64,000 bases of DNA from assembly GCF_018977255.1 (NCBI RefSeq), contig NW_024704742.1:102674001-102738000 (forward strand). The letters are read 5' to 3'. Shown here piece by piece: positions 1-12,399 of the stretch. Origin of the DNA: Callorhinchus milii. Taxonomy: Eukaryota. The position numbers and the translations under genes are program-made. Numbering within the stretch: position 1 is the first letter of the stretch; each line of letters opens with the position of its first letter. The notes beneath the pieces were generated by a model, which was given only the letters and a program-made list of their open reading frames with translations, did no database searches and was not told where the DNA came from.

Positions 1-277
1 TACAGTTCTTGTTAGCTGACTAGTTTAAAATAATTATTTCAGTGATCAAGTGACACCACATTAAAATATTTGCAAACATAATTTTCAAGTTTGTTCAAGA
101 CTCAAATGAAAAGAGGCCTTCATTGAGTCACTGCAACAGGATGCCGTGTTAGCACTGCACATTGCAAATCCAATGCAATATACCGGAGTGGAACAACACA
201 GGCTAAATCCTGAGGGAGAAGGATGTAGGAAGAGGTGGGGGAAGAGAATTAGGATGGATAGAGTATCATATACAGTA

Positions 278-868
278 CTAGCTGTACCTGTTGCAGCTAC
301 GCTTGCAACCAAATAATTCAATATGGAATGTAGATTGACACACATACAGACACACAGACAGATGTCACATCTTCATCGATAATCATCTGGGGACTCCTGT
401 GGGAGGACTCCTTTTGGGAGGACGCCTTTTGGAAGGACTCAGTGGGAGTCATCGGTGCTTAGAAATGTAGTTTTGTTGTTGTTGCCACAGCTTAGCTTTA
501 TCTGTGTTCTTTATTTTGTTCCCATCCCTTGGCTACTTGTACGCTCTGTGATGCAGGATGCCACAGTGCCACGGTCAGCCAGCAAGACCACCTGGTGTAA
601 CTGCAGTGTGTGCGTACATACGTATGTGCTCTATGATGCACAATGCCACTGTGCCACTATGACTCGACAGCCACCAAATGTAAATGCAGCGAAAAATGCA
701 AAACTGAAAATAACTCATGAACGATATGAGATACCCGAAAATAAATATGCCCATGTCACTTCCAGTAGCAAGACCTTTCAGATGAGGTATAAATCATGTC
801 TCTACGTCAATCGGTTATTGAGATCCTTCTTGAAGCGCAGGCAGACATTGTCGTTTTATTAGTATAGA
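278..868 (-). mobile_element. Non-autonomous Helitron, copy 1
   Basis: Minus strand starts TCTATACTAATAAA and ends CTAG followed by T. Hairpin GTTGCA..TGCAAC at 290-309 lies near the 3' end. Colinear with 11047-11625. No TSD. Confidence 0.75.
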
Positions 869-2159
869 AGAAGATAGAAGATAAACACAAGCACAGACAA
901 GTTGGCCGAACTCGTTTCCTGTGTCGGAGCTATAGATTCTATGTAATGCTATGTAAAATCTACTCAGATCTTCTCAAACCAGTTTTCTAATCTATTGGTA
1001 AGTTTGCTGCAACAGAATATATCAAGAATCACATATCAATGGGGCTGAAAAGCACACTGAACATTTAGCAATATCAGAATTAAAGCTTTTATTGAGCACT
1101 GAGCTTCAACAAATTATCTGGACAAGCACAATTTAAGATACCAGAATTTAATTTGTGAAATTCGCAAATCAGATTTGATACAGTAATTGCTTCTTCTAGT
1201 TTGCAAACATTAATTTGCGAGACAATTCTTGCTCATCGGCTTTTTTGTTGGGTTGTGCCAGGTTTGGGGATTCTCAATTGACCTTTTTGTAAATCTCATA
1301 AATTGGAAATCCCATAATCACAAGTTCAATCTTGTAACACAAAAATAATATTGCATACCAACACATTCATCATTTTCAATCTGATGTTGGAAGTGCTGAT
1401 TATTCTGACAGGGTTGAGATGTTTTGAGAGCAATAAATCAATGGTTATATATCAACATCGCTGTCTTGTAAACACACTATTAAATCTTAATGTAGTGTAC
1501 AACCATGCCTTCCTGTGCTGCTGTGCACCAATATAAGCCATTTTAATCTACAGTGTATATGCAATGGATATTGCATAATAAGCATTTTAAATGGTAAATA
1601 AAAGAATATTTTCAATAACTTCAAACAGTTGTAGAAAATATATAAGCACTGAACAAAACATCACTTAACCTGCTCTACAGGCATAAATATTCCCCTCAGT
1701 CATTTCTTCAAGTTTCCCTACTGCATCCCAAGTTTTACTTCTTTTATTAAACTGAATTGTGCGGAGCTCACATTTTCCTAACCACTGAATCTCAGCAAAA
1801 CTGTTGAAAAGTCATTCCCATATTGTGAGTCTAACTGCTTGGAGGATTTTCAACTACTTCTAATTTCAGCCAATCTACTCCATCCTTTTGAAACTTCACT
1901 TTGACTATTTAAAAGTAATCTGTTGTCAATAAAACAAAATCACTGCATGAAAAATCATCACTGAGTGCAACAGTGGTGCCCAATCCTTTTCAATATTGAA
2001 ACCAACACTGTATCTTGAGCACGTGAATAATATAGATCTACATTAGCCCAGATGTTATCCTGGCAAAAGATAAACCATCTGCTGTGGCGACCTGAGGCTA
2101 ATTGCAAAGCAGTCAATCTGGATGTAGCTAGCAAATAATATGAGGATTTTGGCAACTGG

Positions 2160-2581
2160 CAACTAGGATTATTCTCCTTGGAGCACAGAAGGTTAAGAGG
2201 AGACTTAATAGAAGTTTTCAAAATTATGAGGGGATTCAGTAGGGTGAACAAGGAGAAACTGTTTCCACTGGTGGGAGGGTTGGTAACCCGAGGGCACCGA
2301 TTTAAAATAGTTGTTAAAAGAAACAAGAGGGGAGGTGAGGAGAAATTTCTTCACGCAGCGAGTTGTTCGGATCTGGAATGCATTGCCTGAAAGGGTGGTG
2401 GAAACTGATTCAATAACAACTTTTAAGAGAGAAGTAGATAATTATTTGGAGAGGACAAGTTTGCAGGGCTACGGGGAGAGAACAAAAGAGTGGGATTGAA
2501 TTGGATAGCTCTTTTCAAAGGGCCAGCACAGACACGATGGGCTGAATAGCCTCCTTCTGTGCTGTATAATTCTATGATTCT
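2160..2581 (+). mobile_element. CR1 LINE 3' fragment
   Basis: LEHRRLRGDLIEVFKIMRG..TRGH..FFTQRVVRIWNALP C-terminal motifs; TTCTATGATTCT tail. Confidence 0.9.
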
Positions 2582-3733
2582 CTGATCAGAAAGTAGCTGG
2601 GTGGGTTATCATAGGATAAAGAGCTGTTTCCAGATAACTTCCCATTGCAGTCATATTGCGTTTTGAAGGACACCATGCTGGATGGAGTTTGGAATTCTAC
2701 TTTTTTTAAATGAATAATTAGAAACAAAAGCTGGAGTAGGCCATTCAACCCATGAAGCCTGCCATTAGGTCTATGGCTACACTCTTTAAATGCCACTTCC
2801 TTCTTTTCTCTATATGCCTTAACATCTTTAATTTCCAAGTATCTCGAAGAGTTTGGTCTCAGTAGTTCCAACTGACCAATGTCATTCCCTACTTTCTCTC
2901 TGACCAGGACCTCTCCTTCTCTTCCCTGAAAGGTCTAACCTGTGGGGTGTAGTGACTGGAATGTCCCACCTCCATGGATCCCACAACGGTGCGAGCTTGC
3001 CAGCCATACTCTTTTTTTTGAGTATCTAAATTGGCTCTTCATCAATGGCAGTCTTTTCCTTACTTGTTGGATCAAGAGGCCTGTTTCTGTTCCCTATGTT
3101 CCTTGTAACTCTTTGTAAGTAAAGCTGTGTTTTATTTAATAGCTACAAAAGTGCCAATATTTCTGACTAACATTTTAGTATCAACATAAAGGAGAATAAA
3201 GCACCCTCCTCCTAAATCTTTTTAAGAAGCTGAAGGATTGTGATCAGGCCCGGACTCAAGATTCAAAACTCAGTCCAACTCAATAAAAAGCCATAGAGCC
3301 AAAGAACCTTACAGCACAGAAGGCCATTCATCCCATTGTCTCCACTCTGGTAATTGGGACTGAGAGGATTGCTCTTTGAAAGAGACAGCACAGACACGAT
3401 GGACTGAATGTCCGTCTTCTATGCTGTAAATTCCTATGGTTCTAACCTAAGCCCACAGAAGGATTAACTATTATAGGTTCACAATTATTTTGGTTTACAT
3501 TTCCCCAATGCTCTTCACAAAGCTGCAATTGGTGAAGCAGCTACAGTAAACTGTCTAACCAGTTTGCTGGTATCTCGACTAGTGAATAGATCGTAGACCC
3601 GAAAATTGGCTTTTTTTAAAAGAAAAGTCACCACACTTACACTAGATAAATGACTATTAAGTGCTTTGACCCAATATACAGGGTGACCAAAAAGTTGTGA
3701 TACCATTATAATGGTTACTAAGCTGGGCCAATA

Positions 3734-6700
3734 TGTGGGAACACAATGATGGAAAGAGTAGACAGACGTTTCTGCAACCAAAAACGTGACTCTAGGTATG
3801 TTGCCTCCCTGATGCCAGGGTTGAAGACATCAAGGAACAAATACAAAACATTCTACAGGGGGGAGGGACACATCCAAAAGTTGTGGTCCATGTTGGGATC
3901 GATGACATAGGGAAAAAAAGGGAAAAATAATAGTGTAAAGAGCAAGGAGGGGTAAGGATTCCTGAAATGTGTGCAGGATAACTTTCTGGATCAGCATGTT
4001 TCCAGTCCAATGAGGAAGGAAACAGTGCTGTATCTAGTTCTGGGGAATGAAGTGGGGCAAGTGGAGCAGGTTTCAGTAGGAGAGTATCTAGACAACAGTG
4101 ATCACAACATCAATAGGTTTAGAGTACTTATAGAAAGGGACAAGGAGCAATCAAGGGTGAAGGTACTCAACTGGAAGAGAGCTAATTTCAATGAGTTAAA
4201 AGGGAACGAGCCAAGGTGGACTGGACAGAAAGATTGGGAGGTAAAACAGCTAACGAGCAATGGGAAGCTTTCAAGGAGGAGATAGTTCGGAGGCAGAACA
4301 AATACATTCCCACAAAGAGGAAAGGTAGGACTTCCAAACCTCCCTGAATTATTAAAGAAATTGGGATTAAAGTAAAACAGAAAAAGGAGGCTTATGATAA
4401 ATGTCACAACCAAAATAAAGATAATCAAACAGAATATAGAAAGTATAGAGGAGAACTGAAAAAGGAAATAAGAAGGGTAAAGAGATTGTATGAGAAAAGA
4501 TTAGCAGGTAACATAAAAGAGAAGAACCCTAAGGTATTTTATAAGCATATAAAGAATAAAAGGTTAGTCAAAGGATAGATCCAATTAGGGACCAAAGAGG
4601 AAATCTTCTTGTGGCGGCAGAGGGCAAGGCTGACGTACTGAATGAGTACTTTGCATCTGTCTTCACAAAAGAAGAAGATGCAGCCAATGCCACAGTGTCA
4701 GAGAAGAAGGTAAAGAAATTGGATAAGAATAAACTGAGAGGAGGTACTATAAAGGTTGTCGGTGCTCAAGGTAGATAAGTCACTCGGACTGGATGGGATG
4801 CATCCTAGGTTACTGAGGGAAGTAAGGGTGGAAATAACCACAATCTGGCCACTGACTTTCAATCCTCCTTGGACACTGGGATAGTGCCAGAAGACTGGAG
4901 GTTTGGAAATGTTACTCCCCTGTACAAAAAGGGGCAGAAGGATAAACCCGGGAACTATAGGACAGTCAGCATAACGTCAGTAGTGAAAAACTTCTAGAGA
5001 CTATAATCCGTGACAAAATAAATTTTCACTTAGAAAAATATGGGTTAATAAAGGACAGCCATGTGGGTTTGCTACAGGCAAATCATGTCTAACAAACCTG
5101 AGAGTTTTTTGATAAAGTAATGGAGAGGATGGATGAAGTTAATGCAGTTGATGCAGTTTATATGGATTTTCAAAAGGTATTTGATAAAGTGCCACATAAG
5201 AGAGTTGTAAGCAAACTAAAAGCCTACGGTATTAAAGGGACAGTGGCAGCATGGATACAGAACTGGCTCAGAGACAGAAAGCAGAGAGTGGTGGTGAACG
5301 GTTGATTTTCTGACTGGAGGGAAGTGTGCAGTGGTGTCCCCCAGGGGTCAGTATTGGGACCACTGCTGTTTTTTATCTATATGAATGTCCTGGACTTGGG
5401 TATAGGGAGTACAATTTCCAAGTTTGCAGATGATACTAAGCTAGGAAAAGTAGTAAACAGTGAGGAGGATAGTAGCAGACTGCAAGAGGACATAGACAAA
5501 CTGGTAAAATGGGTAGACATGTGGCAGATGAAGTTTAATGTGGATAAATGCAAAGTGATGCATTTTGGAAGGAAGAATGAGGAAAGACAATATAAGTTGA
5601 TGGTACAATCTTAAAGGGGGTGAAGGAACAGAGAGACCTGGGGGTTCATATAAGTAAATCTTTGAAGGTGGCAGGACAGGTACATAAAGGTGTTAAAAAA
5701 AGCATAGAGAATACTAGGCTTTATAAACAGGGGCATAGAATACAAAACAACAACAACAACAAGATTCCATTTATAAAGCGCCTTTCACGTCAGGAGGACG
5801 TCCCAAGGCGCTGCACAGTTGGGTCATGACCTGAGCAGGGGGGAAATGGTCAGGGGAGGGGAGGGAGCGAGGAGGGGGAAATGGTCAGGGTGAGGGGAGG
5901 GAAGGGAGGGAGCGAGAAGGGGAAGAGAGTCGAGAGGGGAGCTGAAGGCTCGGTCAAAGAGAAAGGTTTTGAGACCGGCCTTGAAGGAGGAGAGGGAGGA
6001 AGCGGCGAAGGCACTGGGGTATAGAGTTCCAGAGCCTCGGGGCTGAGAGGCTGAAGGCCCGACCACCAATGGCAGGGCGATTGGGGCGGGGGACGTGGAG
6101 CAGACCGGAGCCGGAGGAACGGAGGGTACGGGCAGGTAGGTAGGGGATAGTAGGTTGGAGAGGTAGGAGGGAGCAAGGCCGTGAATGGCCTTGTAGGTGA
6201 GGATGAGGATCTTGAAATCAATCCTCTGGGGGATGGGGAGCCAGTGGAGGCGAGCGAGGGTGGGAGTGATGTGGTCGCGAAGCCTGGTGCGGGACAGTAC
6301 ACGAGCTGCAGAGTTCTGAATGACCTGCAGCTTGTGGAGGGAGGTGGCGGGAAGGCCGGCGAGGAGAGAGTTCCCATAGTCCAGCCTTGAGGTGACAAAG
6401 GCGTGGACCAGGGTTTCAGCAGCGTGAGGGGTGAGGTAATGCCGTAGTCTGGCGATGTTCCGGAGGTGATGGAAGGCGGTGCCAGTTGTGGTGCGGATGT
6501 GAGGGAGAAAGGACAGCTCAGGGTCGAACAAAACGCCGAGGTTCCTGACTGGCTTTGAGAGGTGGAGAGTGCAGCCTTGGATGCTGATGGTGTCAGCGCC
6601 TGAGGTGCGGAGGCGCTGACGTGAGCCAATCAGGAGGGCCTCGGTTTTTCGCACGTTGAGCTGAAGAAAGTTGTCTCTCGTCCAGGACTCGATGTCGGAC

Positions 6701-7938
6701 AGGCAGCTGTCAGGACATCGGTGGTCGTGGAGTTGAGAGTAGAGGAGGAAAGGTAGAGTTGGGTGTCATCCGCATACATGTGGAAGTTAACTCCATGTCT
6801 GCGGATGATGTCACCAAGGGGGAGCATATAGAGGGTGAAGAGGAGGGGACCGAGGACAGAGCCCTGAGGGACACCACATGAGACAGTACGGGGGGTGGAG
6901 GAGAAGCCATTCGTCGAGACAAAGTGAAGACGGTGAGAAAGGTACGACCTAAACCACTCAAGGACAGTGCCTTGAAGGTTGAGGTGGGAGGACAAGCGGT
7001 GGAGTAGGATAGCGTGGTCGACCGTATCGAATGCTGCCGATAGGTCGAGGAGGACGAGGAGGCAGAGGGAGCCCTGGTCACAGATGGTCAGGATATCATT
7101 GGTGACCTTGACCAGGGCAGTTTCTGTGCTATGGGCAGCACGGAAACCCGACTGAAGGGGTTCGAAAAGAGAATGGGTGGAAAGGAAAGAGCGCAGTTGG
7201 GAGGCGACAACTCTTTCCAGGACCTTGGAGAGAAAGGGGAGGTTGGAGATGGGCCGGTAGCTTGATAGCTGCGACGCATCAAGGGAGGGTTTTTTCAGGG
7301 TGGGCGTGATGGTGGCAGTTTTTAAGGGAATGGGGACAGAGCCAGAGGAATAGTCAGGAAAGTCAGGAAGTTACGATGAACCTTTATAAAACACTGGTTA
7401 GGCCTCAGCTAGAGTACTGTGTCCAGTTCTGGCCACACTTTAGGATGTCAAGGCATGGGAGAGGGTGCAAAGGAGATTTACCAGGATGGTACCAGGAATG
7501 AAGGACTTCAGTTATCAGTAGAGGCTAGAGAAGCTAGGATTATTCTCCTTGGAACAGAGAAAATTAAGAGGAGACTTAAAATAAATTCAAAATTGTGAGG
7601 GACTTTGATAGGGTGAACTAGTTCCACTGGTGGGTGGGTCGGTAACCCGAGAGCACCAATTGAAAATAGTTAAAGGATTGTTAAAGGAAACAGAGATGAT
7701 GAGAATTTTTTCACACAGCGAGTTGTTTGGATCTGGAATGCATGGCCTGAAAGGGTGGCGGAAGCCGATTCGATAACAACTTTTAAGAGAGAAGTAGATA
7801 ATTATTTGGGGAGGACAAGTTTGCAGGGCTATGGGGAGAAAGGGGGGGAAATAGGATTGATTTGGATAGCTCTTTTCAGACATGATGGGTCGAATGGCCT
7901 CCTTCTGTGCTGTGTAATTCTAAAATTCTATGATTCTA
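3734..7938 (+). mobile_element. CR1 LINE (ORF1 esterase-like remnant and decayed ORF2), interrupted by an L2
   Basis: VVVHVGIDDIG ORF1-like segment; [50 protein letters not shown] after the L2; TTCTATGATTCTA tail. Confidence 0.92.
5746..7350 (-). mobile_element. L2 LINE, 5'-truncated, relatively young
   Basis: [54 protein letters not shown]; (TTG)n tail at 5746-5762. Confidence 0.95.
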
Positions 7939-9309
7939 CAAATACAACAGTGGGACCGCACTTTTTCCACGGAATGCTCTGCAAACACCTACCTGCGCTA
8001 CAACCCACACCCCTCCCCTACAAACCAACACACTGTGCGCTAGGCTCCTCTACAAACCTGTACACACATTGTGTTAGGCTCCGCTACAAACCTATAAACA
8101 CAATATGTAGGCCTCGGGAGTGTTGGGTTAGTGGAAGCAACGCGAGCGGAAAATCAGCTTCCACTGGCACCCAGGGCCTAAACTGAGCTCCTGCGACCAC
8201 TTCTTGATAAGTGCTGTGCTATTCACATTAACATTTTTAGTATTTCAAACATAACTACATTTTCAGGAAATATATGCCTATAGTTTTAATCGGGTTGCTT
8301 CACAAAATGTGTCTCTCAATAGCACGAATTAACGCTCTCAATTTTCCTGCAAAATTTGTCAGCAAATTTTGGCAAACATTTCCACACTTTTCTATTGGCC
8401 CAGCTAATAAGTCTTAAAGAAATGATTTTTTTTAGATGACTGGGTAGATAACACAACTTTTTGGTCACCCTGTATTTGACATTTTACCAATCCAACAGCT
8501 GTTTTGTGCATGTTGACAGCTGCAATTGGTTCCTCAGTTAAAGCAATTAGTTACAGCTAATGGCACAATTGTCTGCTGCTGATTTTAACTCCATTTCCAA
8601 TACAAATTTCAGACGTTTACTGCCCTTCTTCCAACAGACACTAAAATTCCTTTGGAAATCAAAGCTGGGCTCTCCACAGAAGTGGTAGCAGTCTGATACC
8701 AGCAACCAATGACAACTAGTTGTGCATCATGGCACTTCAAATGTCTGCATGTCTGCACTGGAGATGACTGCAGCCGCACTAACAGTGGGAAATCCATTGG
8801 ATTACAGAATGTCAAATACCATATATAATGAATGATGATATACATTGTAATTTTTTTGCTGTATTACCTGTTCATAAAAGTAGGATCACAAATGCAGTAG
8901 AACTTATTTCACCCTTTTCTAAATGCTGTATTTATTTAAACGTGTTGAGCCCTATATTCAGAGATGCCGTGGTAAACACACTTCAGGAGGTTTAACTGAG
9001 TATTAGCCGCATTCAATTAGCACTGAATTGCTAATCTGCAATAGTCAAACCTAATAATTATATGCTGAGCAAGAAAAGCAAGAAATACAAGAAAGAAATA
9101 CAAATAAGAAAGAATATTTCTTTAGGATGTGCTATTGCTCTGTTTTTTGTGCAGGGTAGTGGCATCCTGTTTTCAAGGGAATTCATTTTTGATAAACATA
9201 TTTGATAATCATGCAGAATTAAAACCAGGGGTTTTACATAAAAATGTATTTATTTTTCTCCAGACTATTTTTCTGCCTTTCTATTTTCAAAACCGATTGG
9301 GTGCAGGTA

Positions 9310-9592
9310 AAGTGGATTGATTGTGTATTTTGTGGGCAAAGCACGGCAGCCAATTGCGTACAGCAGTGTTCCATAAACAGTTGTGGATTGAGTGACCAGA
9401 TTTTTTTTGGAGGGATTATTAAACCCGGAAAGCAATCCGTCAATCAACTACAATCTGAGTTCCAATTTATTGCTAAGTAATCAGAGCTGTGTGGAGTAAG
9501 GAAACTTGCATAAGGTTTCATACTGTCCGGCAATCGAATCCGGCCTTTTGCTTGCGTGGCGAGTGTGCTAAACACTAAAATAGGGGACTGCA
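9310..9592 (-). mobile_element. tRNA-derived SINE (degenerate copy)
   Basis: Same family as 46211-46589 (GGCAGCCAATTGCG core, GTAAGGAAACTTGC segment, tRNA-like head). Confidence 0.7.
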
Positions 9593-10129
9593 CTGTTAAA
9601 ATAAATGTGCTCTAAGGGTACAAATCAAGCATTGACTGCAATAAAACTATTGGCCTCCAGCAATGGACTGTTTCACAAGTTTCATAATCTGCGTGTCCCT
9701 TGTGTCCATTGCTAAAACTACTCCACACCAATTCCAGTAAACTCACTTATCACATAACAGGAATCTTCCCAGCGAAACTCAACAGTCAGTCAAAAGAATA
9801 AATTAGAGAAACACATACCAGAACCAAATGAATTCATTCAGATTGTAAAACGACCTCTGCTGTGCACTGTATAACATTTTTGATGAGGTTACTATACTGG
9901 ACAAGAGGTATGATTGAAGCACAAATTCCCATAGGATCTTAAGTTTACAGTTTTCTGGTATTGTAGTGTTTTTATAACTTATCAAAATTGAACCTTCACT
10001 GCTCCTCCCATCACTTTACAAAGTAAAACTGTTCAACACAAAGCCCCTGAAAGGTATTGCAAACACGGAGTATTCACTCAGACCAAATAAGGTCCTTCAT
10101 GAATAAATATTTAAATCAGAAGAAAATAC

Positions 10130-10240
10130 CTGTTCCAAGATAAAAGATACGGTTTCCAGCACGAGATGTAGATCTTGCTTTTCCAAAGAAAGCGCAACTT
10201 GAAGTTTTTCTTCCTCTTCCTCGCTAAATGAACGTTCATC
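10130..10240 (-). CDS. COMMD10: COMMD10 coding exon 3 (111 bp; [37 protein letters not shown])
   Basis: Matches COMMD10 [34 protein letters not shown]. Canonical AG/GT ends, phase 0 on both sides. Later exons were not found in the window. Confidence 0.95.
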
Positions 10241-10309
10241 CTAAAGTAAGAAACAGCTCATTGTGGTACCAACAAATTTGGTGGTATCAACATGTATGAA
10301 GAAGAATCC

Positions 10310-10960
10310 TTGAATTGTTGCATTTCCAAGTGTGCCTTATCACATTATCGAGGCATCTCAAATTGCTTCATAGGATTTTGCTGTAAAGTATAATGACTAT
10401 TTTTGTAGGCAAACGCAGCAGCCAATTTTTACATAGCAATGTCCCCACAAACAGCCAATTTTATCTTGGGGACTGCAAGCCAGGATATAAGGAGAAACTC
10501 ACAGTAAATCTTGTGAAGAGCTTTGAGACATCCTCCCAACGTGAAAGGGGGAAACCACAATTTCCATTTATATAGCAGCCTTCACAGGAGTAACATCATG
10601 GAGCACTTAACAGCTGCGTGGCTCAACACCAAGTCGGAAAGGGGTAAAAGTGACCAAAGGCACAGTCAAAGAGGAAAGTCTTCAGGTGTATTTTGAAGAT
10701 GGGCAGATTGGGTGGCAAGACAGAGGCACTGAGGCAAGGAGATCCAGAGATTCGGGGTGTCATGGTGTAAGTACGGCCATCAATTGTGGAGTGGAGGGGA
10801 CGAGGAATGTGTGGCATTCCCGTGCCAGCTGAGTGAAGGCAGGAAGAGGAGTAGGGTGTGAGCAGATTGGGGAGATAGGGAAATGCCAAGGCGTGAAGGG
10901 ATTTCGAAATGAGACTGAGGATCTTAAAAGCGATCCATTTTTTACTATATCAAATCCAAG
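10310..10960 (-). mobile_element. Old SINE tail and L2 3' fragments
   Basis: Deu-like GCAGCCAATTT segment; L2 FKIHLKTFLFDCAFG motif. Confidence 0.65.
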
Positions 10961-11046
10961 GATGATTATTATTACCATGCAAAGCATTAAATGCAACACA
11001 AAAAACATTTATGCCTGCTACTTTGATCACATTGTTTTATTAATAA

Positions 11047-11625
11047 CTAGCTGTCCCCATTGCAGCTTCGCTTGCAACCAAAGGATCCAATATGGAATGC
11101 AGACTGACACTCAGACAGACCCACAGACAGACATTTCATCTTTATCTGTACTCATCTGGGAGGACTGCTTTTCGGAGGACTGCTTTTGGGAGGACTCCTT
11201 TTGGGAGGACTCAGTGGATGGACTCAGCGCTTTAAAAATGTAATTTTGTTGTTGTTGCAGTGGCTTAGCTTTGAATGTGTTCTTTATTTTGTTCCCGCGC
11301 CGCTTGGCTACGTGCGTGCTCTGTGACGCAGGATGCCACGGCTCCAAGGTCAGCCGGCATAGCCACCAGGTGTAACTGCACGATGCCACAACGCCACTTT
11401 GACTCAGCAGACACCAGGTGTAACTGCAGCAATCAACGCAAAACTGAAATACATTTTAAGTCAACTCATGAACGATAGGAGATACCCGAAAACAAATATG
11501 CCCATGTCACTCCCAAGTACAAGTCCTTTGCAATAAGGTATAACTCATGTATCTATGTCAACCAGTTATTGAAATCCTTCCTGAAGGGCACAGACAGACA
11601 GACATTGTCATTTTATCAGTATAGA
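11047..11625 (-). mobile_element. Non-autonomous Helitron, copy 2
   Basis: Same termini (TCTATACTGATAAA...CTAG|T). Hairpin TTGCA..TGCAA at 11060-11077. Internal GGAGGACT(C/G)CTTTT repeats shared with copy 1. Confidence 0.75.
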
Positions 11626-11668
11626 CAGAGTAAAAATAGGCATCACTACTACAGCTGCCATTGAGTAC

Positions 11669-11759
11669 CTTTAAATGAAGCTTCTGAAGGATGCGAGACA
11701 ATAGCCGCGGAAATTTGCCAGTGTCGATGCCATTAATCAGGACCACAGCTCGCTTTATG
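11669..11759 (-). CDS. COMMD10: COMMD10 coding exon 2 (91 bp; [30 protein letters not shown])
   Basis: Strong match to remembered vertebrate COMMD10 ([29 protein letters not shown]). AG acceptor at 11761-11760, GT donor at 11668-11667. Confidence 0.95.
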
Positions 11760-12399
11760 CTGTTCAAAGGGAAAATAGTAAACAGAGGAGAAGCTTCACT
11801 CAGTTATGCAAAATTTTAAAATCACTGCACCTGACAAAATGTTAAAATCACTATTCAAGGAGTTAAATGCTTTTATTGCTTCTGGAGATTATAAAATTAA
11901 CACTCATCAAATGACCAAGTACATGTAGTGACAATTTTAGAAACCCCTTTATTTTTGACTGTGATACTGTATTGCAGATTCAATTCTTAAATAATGGCAA
12001 TAAACAGAATTTTTTAAATGTTCGAAAAATAGCTTCAATATTCCGAAAATAGGAACAACAAACTCTCGGTGTTTTATCATTTGAACTCATCAAAGAGATT
12101 ATTTTTCTTTTTATGATTCCTAAATATCCATTAATCTTTATGTTTTTAATAAGTACGTGTGTGTGAGAGTGTGTGTGTGTTGAGGAACGGAAGGAAAGTA
12201 TGTTCAATGTATAGTACTCCTTTTATTTAGATTACTTTTTTTAAAAAAATACAAAATATTAATTCCCCAAATGTTGACATGCGCAAATGTACCTGATTCC
12301 CTGTCCTGCAGCTCTTCCCTGACATTTTTTTTTATCAGCTGCTGTAGACCAATTTTGCAGCTATTTAACTTTCCATTCATTTTTCTCAGTATTTATGAC

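Larger units (their letters stand above)
3723..8403 (+). mobile_element. Non-autonomous hAT element (deletion derivative of the 12400-15266 family), split by a CR1
   Basis: CTGGGCCAATA at 3723, resuming at 7939. Right end CACTTTTCTATTGGCCCAG at 8403. TSD-like ttactaag/ctaataag (6/8). 8205-8270 matches 12690-12755, and 8303-8324 is identical to 15127-15148. Confidence 0.82.
3679..8472. mobile_element. Tc1/mariner-type MITE (~105 bp once nested inserts are removed)
   Basis: Perfect 21-bp TIRs CAGGGTGACCAAAAAGTTGTG (3679) and CACAACTTTTTGGTCACCCTG (8452-8472), each flanked by TA. Confidence 0.85.

Noticed and set aside
455..862. 135-aa ORF
   Set aside because: Lies in a Helitron copy and is not kept open in the second copy at 11047-11625.
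5824..7282. Intact L2 reverse transcriptase gene
   Set aside because: 5'-truncated and split over several frames by frameshifts.
8490..8600. Possible conserved non-coding enhancer (CAGCTG and TAAT-rich); similar patches near 32660-32870 and 62380-62560
   Set aside because: Conservation cannot be judged without alignments; motif content alone is not enough.
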